A stretch of DNA of 64,000 bases, taken from assembly GCA_002245135.1 (NCBI GenBank), contig NGBS01000879.1, positions 124,001-188,000 of the forward strand, read 5' to 3'. Position numbers and translations under genes: made by a program. Each line of letters starts with the position of its first letter. Position 1 is the first letter of the stretch. Origin of the DNA: Proteromonas lacertae (Eukaryota). Below are positions 51,603-64,000 of the stretch, one piece after another. The notes beneath the pieces were generated by a model. The model did not search any database and had not been told where the DNA came from. It saw only the letters and a program-made list of their open reading frames with translations.

Positions 51603-52370
51603 TTAATTTATATATTCTTTAACCAATGAAGGGAATAGTGGAGGTTCTTTACAAGGGTTTAATTCATAAAAGTATCCTGTATACATGTCACAAAGTAACG
51701 CTATATATGTTTAATATAAAATATGATATAATACAACTCTCATTATATATTGTATCTTGTGTATGTTTAACACCTCTGGCAGATAAAGATCCTTTTTGTG
51801 TTATTTCTTTTAAACCTTTTCTTCTTCTTTGCATTGTGATCCAGTCACATATATTATGTCCTTCCAGCTAAAATATATATTAAATAACAATACGATAGGT
51901 GAAAAGTCAACTATTGAATTGATTGAAACAAAATCATGAAATTGGGAATATCCTAGCACATTGGTATTGTAATGAAGTTTTAAATATTGGTCTAGTTCCA
52001 ACCTTGATACTTCAGAGCCTAGAAATTCTAATATTTCACACAAATTATCTAAATTTAGTTTTCCTGTACAATATATGTCTAACGATTTGAATAACAATAT
52101 AATATTTCGACGAGCTTCAACTGAAGCTTTAAATACTTTCACTTTCTTATGTTTCCTAATCCATCTGTGTTCTTCTAATTCTGTTACTCTTTTAACATTA
52201 GGACTTTCCAATGTACTACATAAATGACAATCATTATAATACTTATGATGTGACTGGTATTTTGTCAAAACAGCTGTGTGTATTCGTTTTTTAATATTTT
52301 CTGGACTGTCATATATTTTCTCAAAAACTAACGGACTCAAAGTCATTCTTCCAACTCTATTATTATACAT
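51603..52370 (-). CDS. EF-hand-like hypothetical protein
   Basis: LFKSLDIYCTGKLNLDNLCEILEFLG; two probable introns; both ends uncertain. Confidence 0.5.
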
Positions 52371-52571
52371 AAATGTCTTGATTGAAGAGGAAATTAGAAA
52401 AACTTCTTTTTCACTTCAAGCTCAATGCTTGACAAAATATTCAAATCAAAAATTCATCATAATCAAGAGTTTAATAACCTAAACATTTCAAGCTTATTAT
52501 ACCACAAAATAAAAACACTCGATAATAACAAAGAACTTATGAATATCACAAATAACTAGGAAGAAAAATAA

Positions 52572-54104
52572 CTAATTTCTCAATTCTAAACTTTCTTCAC
52601 ATAACAAAGCACCTCTCATTTGATCAAATCCTTTATCCATCTTCTCTTTAATTTCATCATCCACAAAATAATCAGAAACACCTACTACTCTTCCTTTATT
52701 CCTAATTACATAATTCTCTTTCATTCTGATCCCTACAATATCATTATCTTGTATTAATGCTATTCCAATACAAGATTCAGTAAAGCCATGATCCTATACG
52801 ATAATTAATATATAGAATTTAATATTTTATATACTTTTGAAGTAGAAAAAATGGTAATAACCTTATTATCACAGCTGATATGAATTCCACTATCAATAGC
52901 TTGATGAGCTCGAATTATATACTGAAAATCATATTCTTTCAAAAATTCATTTACTGCTATTATACCATAACTCTTACATTTACTACTTCCTCTTATGCTA
53001 TCACAAAAACCATTTGAATCATAAATTGCGTTGGATGCTTCACATGGATCTGACCATAATAACTCTTCTACTACATTTTTCTCATTTCCAGTAATATTCT
53101 CAGGATTAGTATATAGCTGCATATTATTAGGTAAATTTTTAATCACACTCAACCTATCTTTAACATTATCACTAACTGGTTCAGGTATACCACCATGAAC
53201 ACAAAATATAGTATTATCAATAATACAGCATAGTGGTAAACAGTCAAATACTTGATTAATAGCTTCATATACACTATTTCCCATTTCATCACCATATCTG
53301 CTAATACATTGCTGTTTAAGGCATTTATTTCCATATGTATCTATCCATCCGTTTACACCTCTCGTCTCATGATTTCCACGTAATAGAAACACTTTGTTAG
53401 GATTTTGAATCTTTTGTGCGAATAGATATGCTACAATCTCAATACCATAATCTCCTCGATCTACATAGTCACCTAAAAACAGATGCTTCCCTGCTGAAAT
53501 AGTAAAACCAAGTGGCCAGATATATCTGGCAATTTTTCTGAAATCTGCCAAGTTTCCGTGAATATCACCAAAACAATACACTGGGGAGGAGAGTTGTAGT
53601 ATCCTGCTTTCTAATTGGAAAATTGGTTCTATATTATAGAAATATAATTGAATTTATTATACTAACAATATTACATATGTTAATGATAGTAGAAGCATAG
53701 TCTTGTTTATAAAAATATGAAGCATCACTGTTGTATAAGCATAATTCCTCTATAGCATCCAATGAAGAATCAATTGACATTTTATTGTCCAGTTTACTTA
53801 TTCCTCTCGAAGATGAGCTTTTAAGACTATGAATACATTGTATATGATTTTAATACGTTGCAATATCTTCTCTAACTAACTTATCCTCGTCAATAGTGAA
53901 CAGAATGCGATTCAGGCACTTCTCAATTGCTTCAGCTGATATATTCTTCAAATTATTTGCAAATTGTGCATCATTTTGCTTTATACTAACTAATTGAGAA
54001 TAATTCAGTGAAGCATTCTCTTCTTTATTATTATTTTCATATGTCAGCACTTCTGTATCATTAATACAACGTCTCTTAGTTGGGGTTTCTTCTAATTCGC
54101 TCAT
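52572..54104 (-). CDS. PPP-family Ser/Thr protein phosphatase
   Basis: GDIHG, GDYVDRG, LRGNHE, CVHGG, LLWSDP, IIRAHQ, TIFST; three introns. Confidence 0.9.
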
Positions 54105-54453
54105 CTTCGCTCAGATCACTTTTTTATATTCTGAGAAAATTCTGTGTTGAGAATATGACACTTTTCTTACTTTCAGAATATATCCATACTATAATAGAAT
54201 ATTTATCTTTATATTCATATTACATTACACAACAATTCAATAGTAATTGATATAGCCTAAATGTGATATTGATGGTTAAACCATATAATATTCCTGTATA
54301 AATCGTCATGTAAGAGTTATAAATTACATTTTATGAACATATCACATCTGTATGTGAAGATAAAAAGAAAAATGTGAATGAGTCTTGAGCAGATCATGAC
54401 CAAACTGTCATTTATTTAAAAATTTAAATTATTAAATCAAAATCGCTGTAAAT

Positions 54454-56377
54454 ATGAGTCATATGACAGGTAATAAAGTACCATCCACAGGTGTATGATT
54501 ATACAATATTGTTTATATGATGTAATAATGAATAGGTGTATGATACTGTTAATGAAGTATTTTCTGATTATTCACCATCAAAAAGAAATCGTGCTTACAA
54601 TCCAAATCCAAGGTATGAAAGTAATAAGTCTGGAATGCCAAGACGTTCAGATGAAGTTGAAGAAAACATATTAAGAAGAGTACACATTTAAATAAGTAAT
54701 TTATATAGACTACAAAACAGCAACAATTGGAATTAAAAAGGATAAACTCACTATGGGAACAATCCAAGAGAGAAATTAATGAGAAGAATAAAGAAATACA
54801 AGCATTAAAAGATGGTAAAACAGCAAGGAAACAGAATCAAATACAAACACTAGAAAATACAATAGCAGATTTACAAAATCAAATAGAAGATTATGTATAT
54901 TTATAGATATTATACATACCTATTATATATAGAAACGTAAAATGTTAGAAATGAAAGAAGATAATGACAGATATGCTCAATGTTACGATGAATTGGTTCA
55001 TCAGCTACAAACCACACAAGCTACAAAAGATGCATATGCACAAAAATCAGACGATAGGGACAAAAAGATACGACAGTATGAAAAACAATTACAAGAGTTA
55101 AAAAGTGATAATGAAGCTCTCTTAGCAAGATCATTGGCAGAATTGCGAAAACATGATGAAAGTCATGTAAACAATGAAAAACTATTGGAAAAACAAGAAA
55201 AATGCCTTCAAGAACTTCAAAATACAATAGAAATTCAAGAAAGAGAAAAAAATGAATTAAAAGAAATTATTGACGATCTTCAAGACAAATTAAACACACA
55301 AACGACAATGTGTAATAAATTAGAGAAGCAATTACATAAAATGAAAGATGAAACAAAAGATTATCGATTAGCTAGAGCAACTGATATGGAAATGAAAAGA
55401 GAAATTGAACATCTAATGATAGATAACCAGAGACTAGTATCTATGTTAAAAATGACAAAAGAATGGAAATCATTTGCTGAAGATGCTTTTGTTATAAAAA
55501 ATGGTATTTCTTATATAGAATTATCAAATAATAAAAATAAAAATAAAAATTCTTTAACACCAAAACAAAAGAATGAATGGAAATCATTTAAAGTGTTGGC
55601 AAAGAATTATCCAGCAATAATCAACGATAGAGCAATTAATCCAGACACTGAAATGAATAATTGGATACCTCGACAAGCCAGAAATTTATCATTCTTTTTC
55701 CATGAAGAAGCTATACCTGATGTACCATTAGAATTAATCGATGAATACTTGAAACAATTACATTTAATATGGAGAGAAAGAGAGAAAGATATAGTAGAAT
55801 CTGTAAAGAGAAGATGTAAAGATGAAGTGGAGACTTTAAGACGACAATTGGAGAACAAGAAAAGTTATAATGAAGTAATCTATGAACAAAAAATAGGGAC
55901 TTTACAAAATGAGTTAAAAAAGAAAAGAAAACAATTGCAGAAAAATCCATCATATTCTATAGCAAGTACAGAAATAATTCAAACTAGTTTGTTAACAGTA
56001 GATCAAGTTGTTAAGGAGAATAAAAAATTAAAAGAAGAAAATGAATATTTGAAAAGTCAATTAGATTATGCACAAATGATGAAAACAGGTGAAATTACGT
56101 TGAAATCTAATGCTAAATACATAGGTAATAATGATTTACAGGAAGTTAAAAGGCATATTAATGAAATTATGATAATATTGAGAGATTTCCAACAAAGAAT
56201 TAGAACTACATCGAAAAGTGAATATGTAAGACTATTGAATGAGTATATTTATGATTATTATTATGTATATTATATATATATATATATAGTATGTGCCATC
56301 AGATTGAAATATCTTTAGAACAGCATCAAGCAAATGTGATGAAAAATGCAGAATATTCATGTAATTCAAGAAGGTGA
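54454..56377 (+). CDS. Long coiled-coil hypothetical protein
   Basis: Four introns around the 458-aa ORF give a continuous heptad-rich E/K/Q frame. Confidence 0.7.
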
Positions 56378-56465
56378 TTGAAATATTAAAATATGTTTTA
56401 GATACTAATGTAATTTATTTGAATTTATTGATTGTTGTAGAAACACGATCCATAATACTTATCTG

Positions 56466-56958
56466 TTATTTTTTAGGTGGTATAATATCTATTAATTCTA
56501 AATCATATACGACTGTTGCATTTGGAGGTATCATAGTACCTGCACCTGTTTCACCATATGCTAAATCAGATGGTATTGTTAAACGACGAATTTCTCTATT
56601 TTAAAAAGAATTAACAAAAATACCCTTTGCACATTCCTGGAATTCCCTTTTCCCAACCTTTTATTGCCTTTTTATTTCCGATTTCTATCTCTAATGGTCT
56701 GAAATTGTATGTGTTATAAAATTCTTTACCACTAGCATATAAATGAGCCTATGTTTATAATTAACAACAATACTTTGAAATGCATTTTTACAATATCACC
56801 TATCTTTACTTTATTATCACATTTTTCAGGTCGATACTAAAAAAATAGATTATTTCAATATATACCTTTATGCCTATCTTCATTTCTGCATCATGAGGTA
56901 AATCTTCTCTACAAGAAACAACTACAACCAATAGGAGGAAGAAAAAATGAAATGACAT
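56466..56958 (-). CDS. Secretory FKBP-type prolyl isomerase (FKBP2/13-like)
   Basis: Signal peptide, KIGIK/[55 protein letters not shown]; three introns. Confidence 0.88.
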
Positions 56959-57643
56959 AATTATAACACAAATGACTGTCAAAATGGTAAAAAAAACCAC
57001 TATAATTACATCATAGTAATACTTCTCTCATCACATCTATATGTTATAATTTCAACTCGTAAAATGAATAATACGTAACGACATTTATTGCAAAATAGAT
57101 ATACCACGTTGCATAACAAAAGAAAATCATTCATGCCATTGCATAACTATTGTTGTGCGCCGTTTGTCAGAGTTGGCCGTTTGTATACCAGACACTTTCA
57201 AAACAAACTAAATACACAATTACACTTCTTTTAATGAAAAATTGTTACTTTTATACTTACTTTGTCATATAACCTACATCTATGAGTAACTATTAATTGT
57301 CATAATATTGAATAAAAACTATCAAAATATATTCTAGAAATTATGTATATTCCAAATTTTATGTATTTATTGACATATAATGTCTAAATGAGAAGTGTCA
57401 GTTACACAGGAATTAAGAATTATACACCTTCTGACTTCATTTTTAATTTAAAATTTCATTTTCTTCAACTTTTTTGTTTGTATGTTTTTTTTGATTCAGT
57501 CAAAGAGAAAAAATGAATTTCAGCAGACACTTTGAAGAATGTTATTAAATTCTATCAAGATAAGAAGATATTTCAAAAAAGAAAAATCAAGCTTGTCAAA
57601 CTTGACAGTTTATTTTATATTTCAGAAAATCAAAATGTAAGTA

Positions 57644-57660
57644 CTATATATATATATATA

Positions 57661-57695
<35 letters not shown>
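57644..57695. repeat. (TA)n-(TAT)n microsatellite
   Basis: Direct reading of the sequence. Confidence 0.9.
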
Positions 57696-57696
<1 letters not shown>

Positions 57697-57729
57697 CAAA
57701 ATACTTACTTTATATTATTTATAAGCTGT

Positions 57730-57883
57730 ATAATACTATCATGTACAGCGAAAGGTATAGAAGCATCATTATTTTATGAACATAAAGTAGATGTAATTGA
57801 TTTTGGTGATAAATTTATTAACAGATAAGCTGAAAGCGCATTTTAATAGAAAATCGAGGTTTAAGAAGTCAAAGATTAACTAG
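57730..57883 (+). repeat. Diverged second copy of the Hydin segment at about 59175-59326
   Basis: gtagatgtaattgattttggtgat and tagaaaatcgaggtttaagaagtcaaagattaact occur at both places. Confidence 0.85.
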
Positions 57884-58069
57884 GCCCAATTATGGAGTAG
57901 AAAAAATAATATATCAAATATACAGCAGAATAGTGTTGATTTAGACTTTAGGAGAAAAAATGTATTAATTAGAAGAAAAAAAGCTCAAGCTCAAGATTTA
58001 GATATTGGTTGAAGTACTCAAATAATATCAATGGATCCTGCTTATTTATCATTAGATATTGGTTGAAGT

Positions 58070-61000
58070 ATCACTTACAAATGAAGGATCAATTAAACCA
58101 AATGTAATATTTACTCCACCAAGGTGAATTAGATATAGAAGAAAGTGTAACAATCGAAGTATCTTATACAAGTTCAACTCTTGGTGAATTTAATGATCAT
58201 TTTGAATTTGCATTAAAAGGAGCAACTAATAATGTGGTATTAACAATAAAAGGACATGTAGTTGGTCCAACATTCTTCTTTAATAAGAATAAACTAGATT
58301 TTGGTATTGTAAGTTATGCATTTTTAAACTCAACTGATTTGATATTAAGAAATACTTCCTCTGTTCCATTTATAATCAATTTACGAGTTCCTCAAGATGG
58401 TAATTACTTAAACAAAGAATTCGAAATAATTCGAGCAGTAGCAACAGTATTACCAGAAGGAGAAGAAAAAATCAAAATCAATTTCATATCTCAAACAATA
58501 AAAGTATATGATTATTGTTTAGCAATTGATATTGAAAGTGTAGGTGAAGCTTTATTAACAATTCCAATAAGTGCTGAATGTCGAGTAGCTGAAGTAGAAT
58601 TATTAGAAGAATCATTGAAATATGGAGATTGTTATTTAAGATATACTTATTATCGAACTTTAACATTAAAGAATAAATCCAATTTATATGCTCAATTTGA
58701 AAACAGAACAAGATAAAAGAAGTAAATCGATTGGTAGTTATTTCCCTGATCCAGTTAAAGGTGTAATTGGACCAATGGCAACTCAAATGATTAAAGTTTA
58801 ATTAAATCCTGAGAAATTAGGTGATATGAGAATTCCATTATATATTCAAATAATTGGCAGTCAATATCCTCCATTGGTATTAGTATTAGAAGCAAATGGA
58901 CTTGGACCAGTGATAAAGTCAAATTTAAATCATATAAAATTTGGTGATATAACTTGTTTAGATACTCATACAAAAGAATTTACAATAACTAATCCAACTT
59001 CAATTCCAGCTTTTTATAAATTAGATTTTGAACGAGGATTTTATTTTAATACTGATATAGTTGATGGTATATTACAAAGTAAAGAATCTCAAAAGATAGT
59101 AGTTAGTTGCATGTTGGAAGATGTATTAGCTTATAAAGATACAATATACATAGCAGCAACTGAAGGAGATAGTGCAATTCTTCCAGTTACAGCTAAATGT
59201 TTAATAACAACAATATTTTGAGAAGATCCAGTAGATGTAATTGATTTTGGTGATCAATTTACAAACAGAACAATCGAAAGAGTATTTTTATTAGAAAATC
59301 GAGGTTTAAGAAGTCAAAGATTAACTTGGATAAATCAAACTGCAGCAGAAAAAGAAAAATCTTTTAAAGCCAATAAATCAAAGATGGAAAGTGAAATGAA
59401 TTCAAACCTTATGAAGCTATATTTACAATAACTCCCAATGCAATCGAATTAAAACCCAATACTGCTTGAAATTTTGTAACATCTGGAAGTTGTGAAAAAC
59501 CCTGTGAAGTGATGAAAATGTTTTCTTGTTTGAGGAAATTTGATGGAGAAATAAGAAATAATGAAGCAAAAGAAACCGAAGTAAAAGTGAACTTTATGAA
59601 TCCATTAATTCAATGTTCTGAAGAGAAAATCGAAGTTCAAAGTAAGACAGTTGTATTTAAGAATATATCAACATTGAGTTTAGATGCGATAATAAGTATA
59701 GCAGCTCCATTATTATTGAGTATGAATGAATTCCATTTAGAACCAAATGAATCAATGAATGTGACAGTGGAATTTGATCCAAATTATAAAGATGATAAAA
59801 TCTCATGTAAAATAAATGGAATATTGAATATAAGATATGAAGATCATCCTCAGAAAAATTCAATTCCATGTGTAGCTGATGTTGCCTTTCCCAATTTATG
59901 GTTATCTCAAAATGATTTTGATTTTGGTTGTATATTGAATAATTCTCAAAGAACATTATTATTTTCAACTGAAAATCGTCGAACAATTCCTTGTCCTTAT
60001 CATTGGGAATTAGAAATAGATGAAACTGAAAATCAAGCATCTCCAATCAATTAAGTATTTGAAATAACTCCAATTCAAGGTATTTTACAACTAGGTGAAT
60101 GTGAAGAAATGGAATTGAGATATTCTGGAATACCACATGTATTATCAAGAGCATTGGGTAAATGTTATGTAGATGGAGGACCAGTTTATAATATCAAAAT
60201 GAAAGGTGAAAGTTCAGTCTTATCTTATAGATTGGATAAACAAAATATTGATTTTGGTAGAATTCCTTATATGAAAGTAGAAGAAAGAGATTTTCATATA
60301 TTTAATACAGGTTCAGTAGATTTTTCATTTAAAATCTCAACTGATAATGTATCTCGATCTGGTTTAGTTAGTGTTTCACCATGTAATGGATTAATTCCAT
60401 CTCATGATCAACAAAGAATCTCTGTTAAAATGAGAGTAGGAGTTCCAGATTCAGTAATAGAGAAATTAGTAATAGAAATAGCTCATTATGTTCCAATAGA
60501 TTTTCTACTTTATATAACAGGTATTTATGCAAATATCAAAGTGAATGATGCTGAATTGGTAATACCAGATAATTGGGAACATTACTTGGAAGAAGCTGAT
60601 AGATTGATTGAATTATCCAATACAGAACATCCATTATCATTCCAGCTTTACCATCACCAATCAAATAACAACCATCTTTACCTAAAGTAGTGGAATCTTC
60701 AATAGATGAAAGTAATAATAACACTATTATAAATACTGAAGGAGGAAAAAACAACAACAAAAACCAGAACAACCGTCAACAGAAGAAGAAAAAGAAAAAC
60801 CAGTTGAAGCTGAAAAGCCAATAATTGTAGATGGAGTTCCAGTTAATTCACCAACACATGGTTAAAAGAATTACCACCAGAACCAAAAATTGAAGGAGAA
60901 TTAGCACCACATAGTGAAGAACCAACAATAGCAAATACAAATGCAGAAGAAGAAAAATGTTAAGAAAAAGAAAAAGATGAAAACAAGAAACAGTAATCTG

Positions 61001-62642
61001 CAAGAGTAAATAGTCAAAAATCAGTTTCTGTCAGAAGTAAGAATTCACAACAGAATGATAATAAAATACCATCTCCACCTAAAATGATGACAAATACGAA
61101 CAAATTACCTCCAGGAAAGAATACAACAGTATTACAAATCACAGTTGATAGAGAATTTGAAGCATTAAGATTATATTATATTGATTTATTATTAGATGAA
61201 ATAAACAATCAAAATCCAGCTGATTTATGTTTAGCTCGAAAAGAGAAAGAATTAAATGGAACATCTGTAAATGGTTCAAAAAGTGAAGGAGTAGTTGATA
61301 AAACCACAAAAACACCTGAAACTGGTTTAACAAATATCAGTAATAAAACAGGCAAAACAACAAAAATGGCGAATAAGAAAATATCTAATTTACATTTAGG
61401 TGAATTTCCATTAGCTGATTATGTAGTAGATTTTGGTAATGTAGTTCGAACTGATAGTAAGATGAAGACATTTACAATAACTAACATAGGTAATTTACCA
61501 GTGAATTTCGGAATAGAAAGAAGAACTTTAAAAGAGTGTGGATATACATTAACTCCAGATGAAGTGAAAAGATTACCAGAAAGTTCAACAGTGACATTTA
61601 CAGCTAGTATTACAGCGAAATCTGATTTACCTTATGGAAGATATGATTTAGCAATTCCAATCGAAGTACAAGGAGGAATAACTTATCGTATAATATTAAG
61701 AGCTGATGTGTGTATTCCTCGATTATGATGATTATAATGTAATTCAAACTGAAGTAAGAAATGTAGGTGATAAATTGGCAGTGGAATTACCACCACCTGA
61801 AGAACCAGAACCAGTAGTAGAAGAAAGATCAGCTTTATCTGATCCAAAGAAAGGAGGAAAAAGAAGTAAATCAATTGATAAGAAAGGAGATAAAAACTCA
61901 TAGAAAGGTAAAAAAGAAAAACCCCCACCACCTCCTCCTCCACCATTTGGAGTTGGTTTATTATGTGATATAATCAATAACAATGGTGAAAGTGATATTG
62001 ATATAATAATTCAAGAAATCAAAGAAACAGTTCCATTGTTTAATACATATGGAGATTGGAAAGTTCCACCTCCAGTAGTATTGCAATTAGTTAAGAAGCA
62101 AATTCCAAGAAAACCCTTAATACCAACAAGTTATTATAAATTAATAGATGAAAATAATGCCACAAGATGGAAATTAGAACCTGATGAAGAATTGCCATTG
62201 AAAGTGACATTTGAATAATTAGAAACTGGTAAATTTAACTATTGTTTCCACTTTGAGATAGTTAATAAAGATAAAACGTATGAAGTTCCAATCAGTGGTA
62301 TTTGTGATTATCCAAAAATTAATCAAAATCCGAAAGATATATTTATGAAATCAATAAAACAAAAGAATGAACAACAAATAATAAGTAAGAGATAAATAAA
62401 GAACAAAAGATATTATGAATTTGGTCAATTATTAATAGGCAAAAACATAAATATGAGAGAAAACAATCCATCTTTAAAAGCTAGTAATTGTGAAACAATT
62501 TAATTCAGTAATAATGGAATGTTTTCTGCAACAGTTGATTTGTCAATGCAAAATGATGATGGAATATTCACAATAGAACCAACCCAAATCGATATTGAAG
62601 CAGGTGAAACTCAAACAGTAGATACTGGGGCATTTCCAGTAG
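58070..62642 (+). pseudogene. HYDIN: Hydin (central-pair, tandem ASH/Ig domains) internal fragment, decayed
   Basis: KGHVVGPTF..LDFGIVSYAF, IDFGDQFT, FPNL..FDFGCILN, YVVDFGNV, YEFGQLLIGK, SNNG; in-frame stops at 58799, 59219, 59467, 60052, 61901, 62216 and beyond, plus several frameshifts. Confidence 0.82.
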
Positions 62643-63460
62643 AAAATATTCAATAAACAAAAGTTGAATGAAAAGATAGAAGAATTTTTAAATACTGAGA
62701 TGTTATTCAAACTACCCATTACTCCATATCCCATATTTATACAATTTATAAACGTATAAGAGACTTTGTTTATGAAAATTCTAGTATATTATGAAGTGAT
62801 TGATAATTTCAAAGAGAGTTTAATATTAATTCAAAACTTTAAAGATAATTGAAATAACCAAGACATTTACATTAGATAATATCTTTATAAAGAATTTAGC
62901 AAGATTTGAAGATCAATATGATGAGATAGTAGTTGGTGCCCAAGATGAAGCAAAGATTGAAAATATGATATGAGAAAGAAAAGAAATTAAATGAAAAATA
63001 GTAATAAAAAATGAAAGTGGAATAGTGTTGATAATGGTTTTAGAAGAATTATAGTAAAATAAGATGATAATTATTCTTTCTTCTTCTAGAAATATTATTA
63101 CCAAATTGATGAAAAATACATTTTCAATAATCAGAATTTATATAAATAAAAAGAATTATTGGTAAATTGTATTGAATGATTACTATAATAATACAACACA
63201 TATAACAATTGTAATGAATGATTGGTAAATTATTACATTGGTATAATTTAAAATAGTCAAAAGAAAAGAAAAAAGAAGATATATTTTTATATATATTGTT
63301 ACACTTACGTCATAAATAATGAATCATTTTTTTTTGGGGGGGTAAGAGTATTATAAAATAACACAGTAAAATATCTATAAAAGCTATTCTATTACTATAA
63401 TTTCTATAAATATATATCATTCTATCTATTCCTATTATATGAAATATGAGAAATCAAAAG

Positions 63461-63518
63461 TGTCTCCTAGACAAACGGCGTGAGAAGATTTAGAAATACT
63501 CCGTTTGTCTAGGAGACA
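63461..63518. repeat. Perfect 18-bp inverted repeat with 22-nt spacer
   Basis: tgtctcctagacaaacgg (63461-63478) and ccgtttgtctaggagaca (63501-63518). Confidence 0.92.
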
Positions 63519-64000
63519 TTTTTCACTTCTCAATTTTCTTCTGTGACTTATGTGTATCATTTCATAATCATTGATACTATTACATAAAATAAAAAGCAAC
63601 ACATAAATTATAATTTTGTAAATTATACAAAAGAAGCTAAGTGTTAAAAATCTATTGTAATTGGCTACACACTGAAATGATTGATTTTTATAGAAGGCAC
63701 TGAAATATGAAATACATTAATTTGTTGTAGCTTTGAGATTCATGTCGATTAAAGATTGTATTTCTGTTTATATTGTAGATATTAACTTTGTAACTAAAAA
63801 TATAGATTTTGATGAAAAACATGTGCATATAAAACAAGTGTTTATATCAAAATATTGATTTTCGTACAAATAAGGGGGTAAGAAAATTCAAGTTTTTAGT
63901 TACATTTTTTTATTTATATCAACAACAGAAGTGAGTTGTAAGCTAATATTATATATTATTCATGTACTTAATATGTATTAATAGATTATGTAAAACATTT

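Noticed and set aside
58799..62400. Stop-codon reassignment suggested by in-frame TGA/TAA in Hydin
   Set aside because: The stops are mixed types, come with indels of both signs, and intact genes use TAA, TAG and TGA as true terminators.
62643..63150. Possible degenerate kinase or other gene remnant after Hydin
   Set aside because: Too many stops and no diagnostic motif.
1..64000. tRNA, rRNA, transposase or reverse-transcriptase genes
   Set aside because: None recognised by eye; a covariance-model scan was not possible.

Overview
Very AT-rich, gene-dense eukaryotic nuclear DNA. Introns are tiny (mostly about 25-57 nt GT-AG, plus two AT-AC minor-spliceosome candidates) and some divergent intergenic spacers are under 70 bp. 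These traits, plus GT-rich TGTTTGTT-like 3' elements, suggest a Blastocystis/Proteromonas-like stramenopile. That is an inference, and this organism still carries ciliary genes (CFAP45, TTLL3-like glycylase). I reconstructed about 31 spliced genes by hand: B-box protein, pentapeptide-repeat protein, four tandem Cys-rich single-pass membrane proteins, S6K-like kinase, Tim44, SUN protein, SPF45, pseudokinase-LRR, PP6R/SAPS, CFAP45, PhnP-like hydrolase, GT61, full-size ABCG/PDR, AAA ATPase, alanine aminotransferase, Josephin-UBX, eIF3h, AFG1, P2X-like channel with EF-hands, TTLL3, Atx1, three tandem NEK-like kinases facing an Asteroid/XPG-like PIN gene, PPP phosphatase, FKBP and several hypotheticals. 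There are three decayed loci (BTB-SPRY, APC11, a large Hydin fragment). The most striking signal is six one-base-extra (+1) frame breaks in three otherwise intact genes between 32.0 and 40.1 kb (ALT x2, AFG1 x1, P2X x3). These are either recoding/editing or residual assembly insertions, and the sequence alone cannot separate the two. Also notable are a recurrent TCAAGCY promoter word and an isolated 18-bp perfect hairpin at 63461-63518. All product calls come from motif recognition by eye; no database searches were run.
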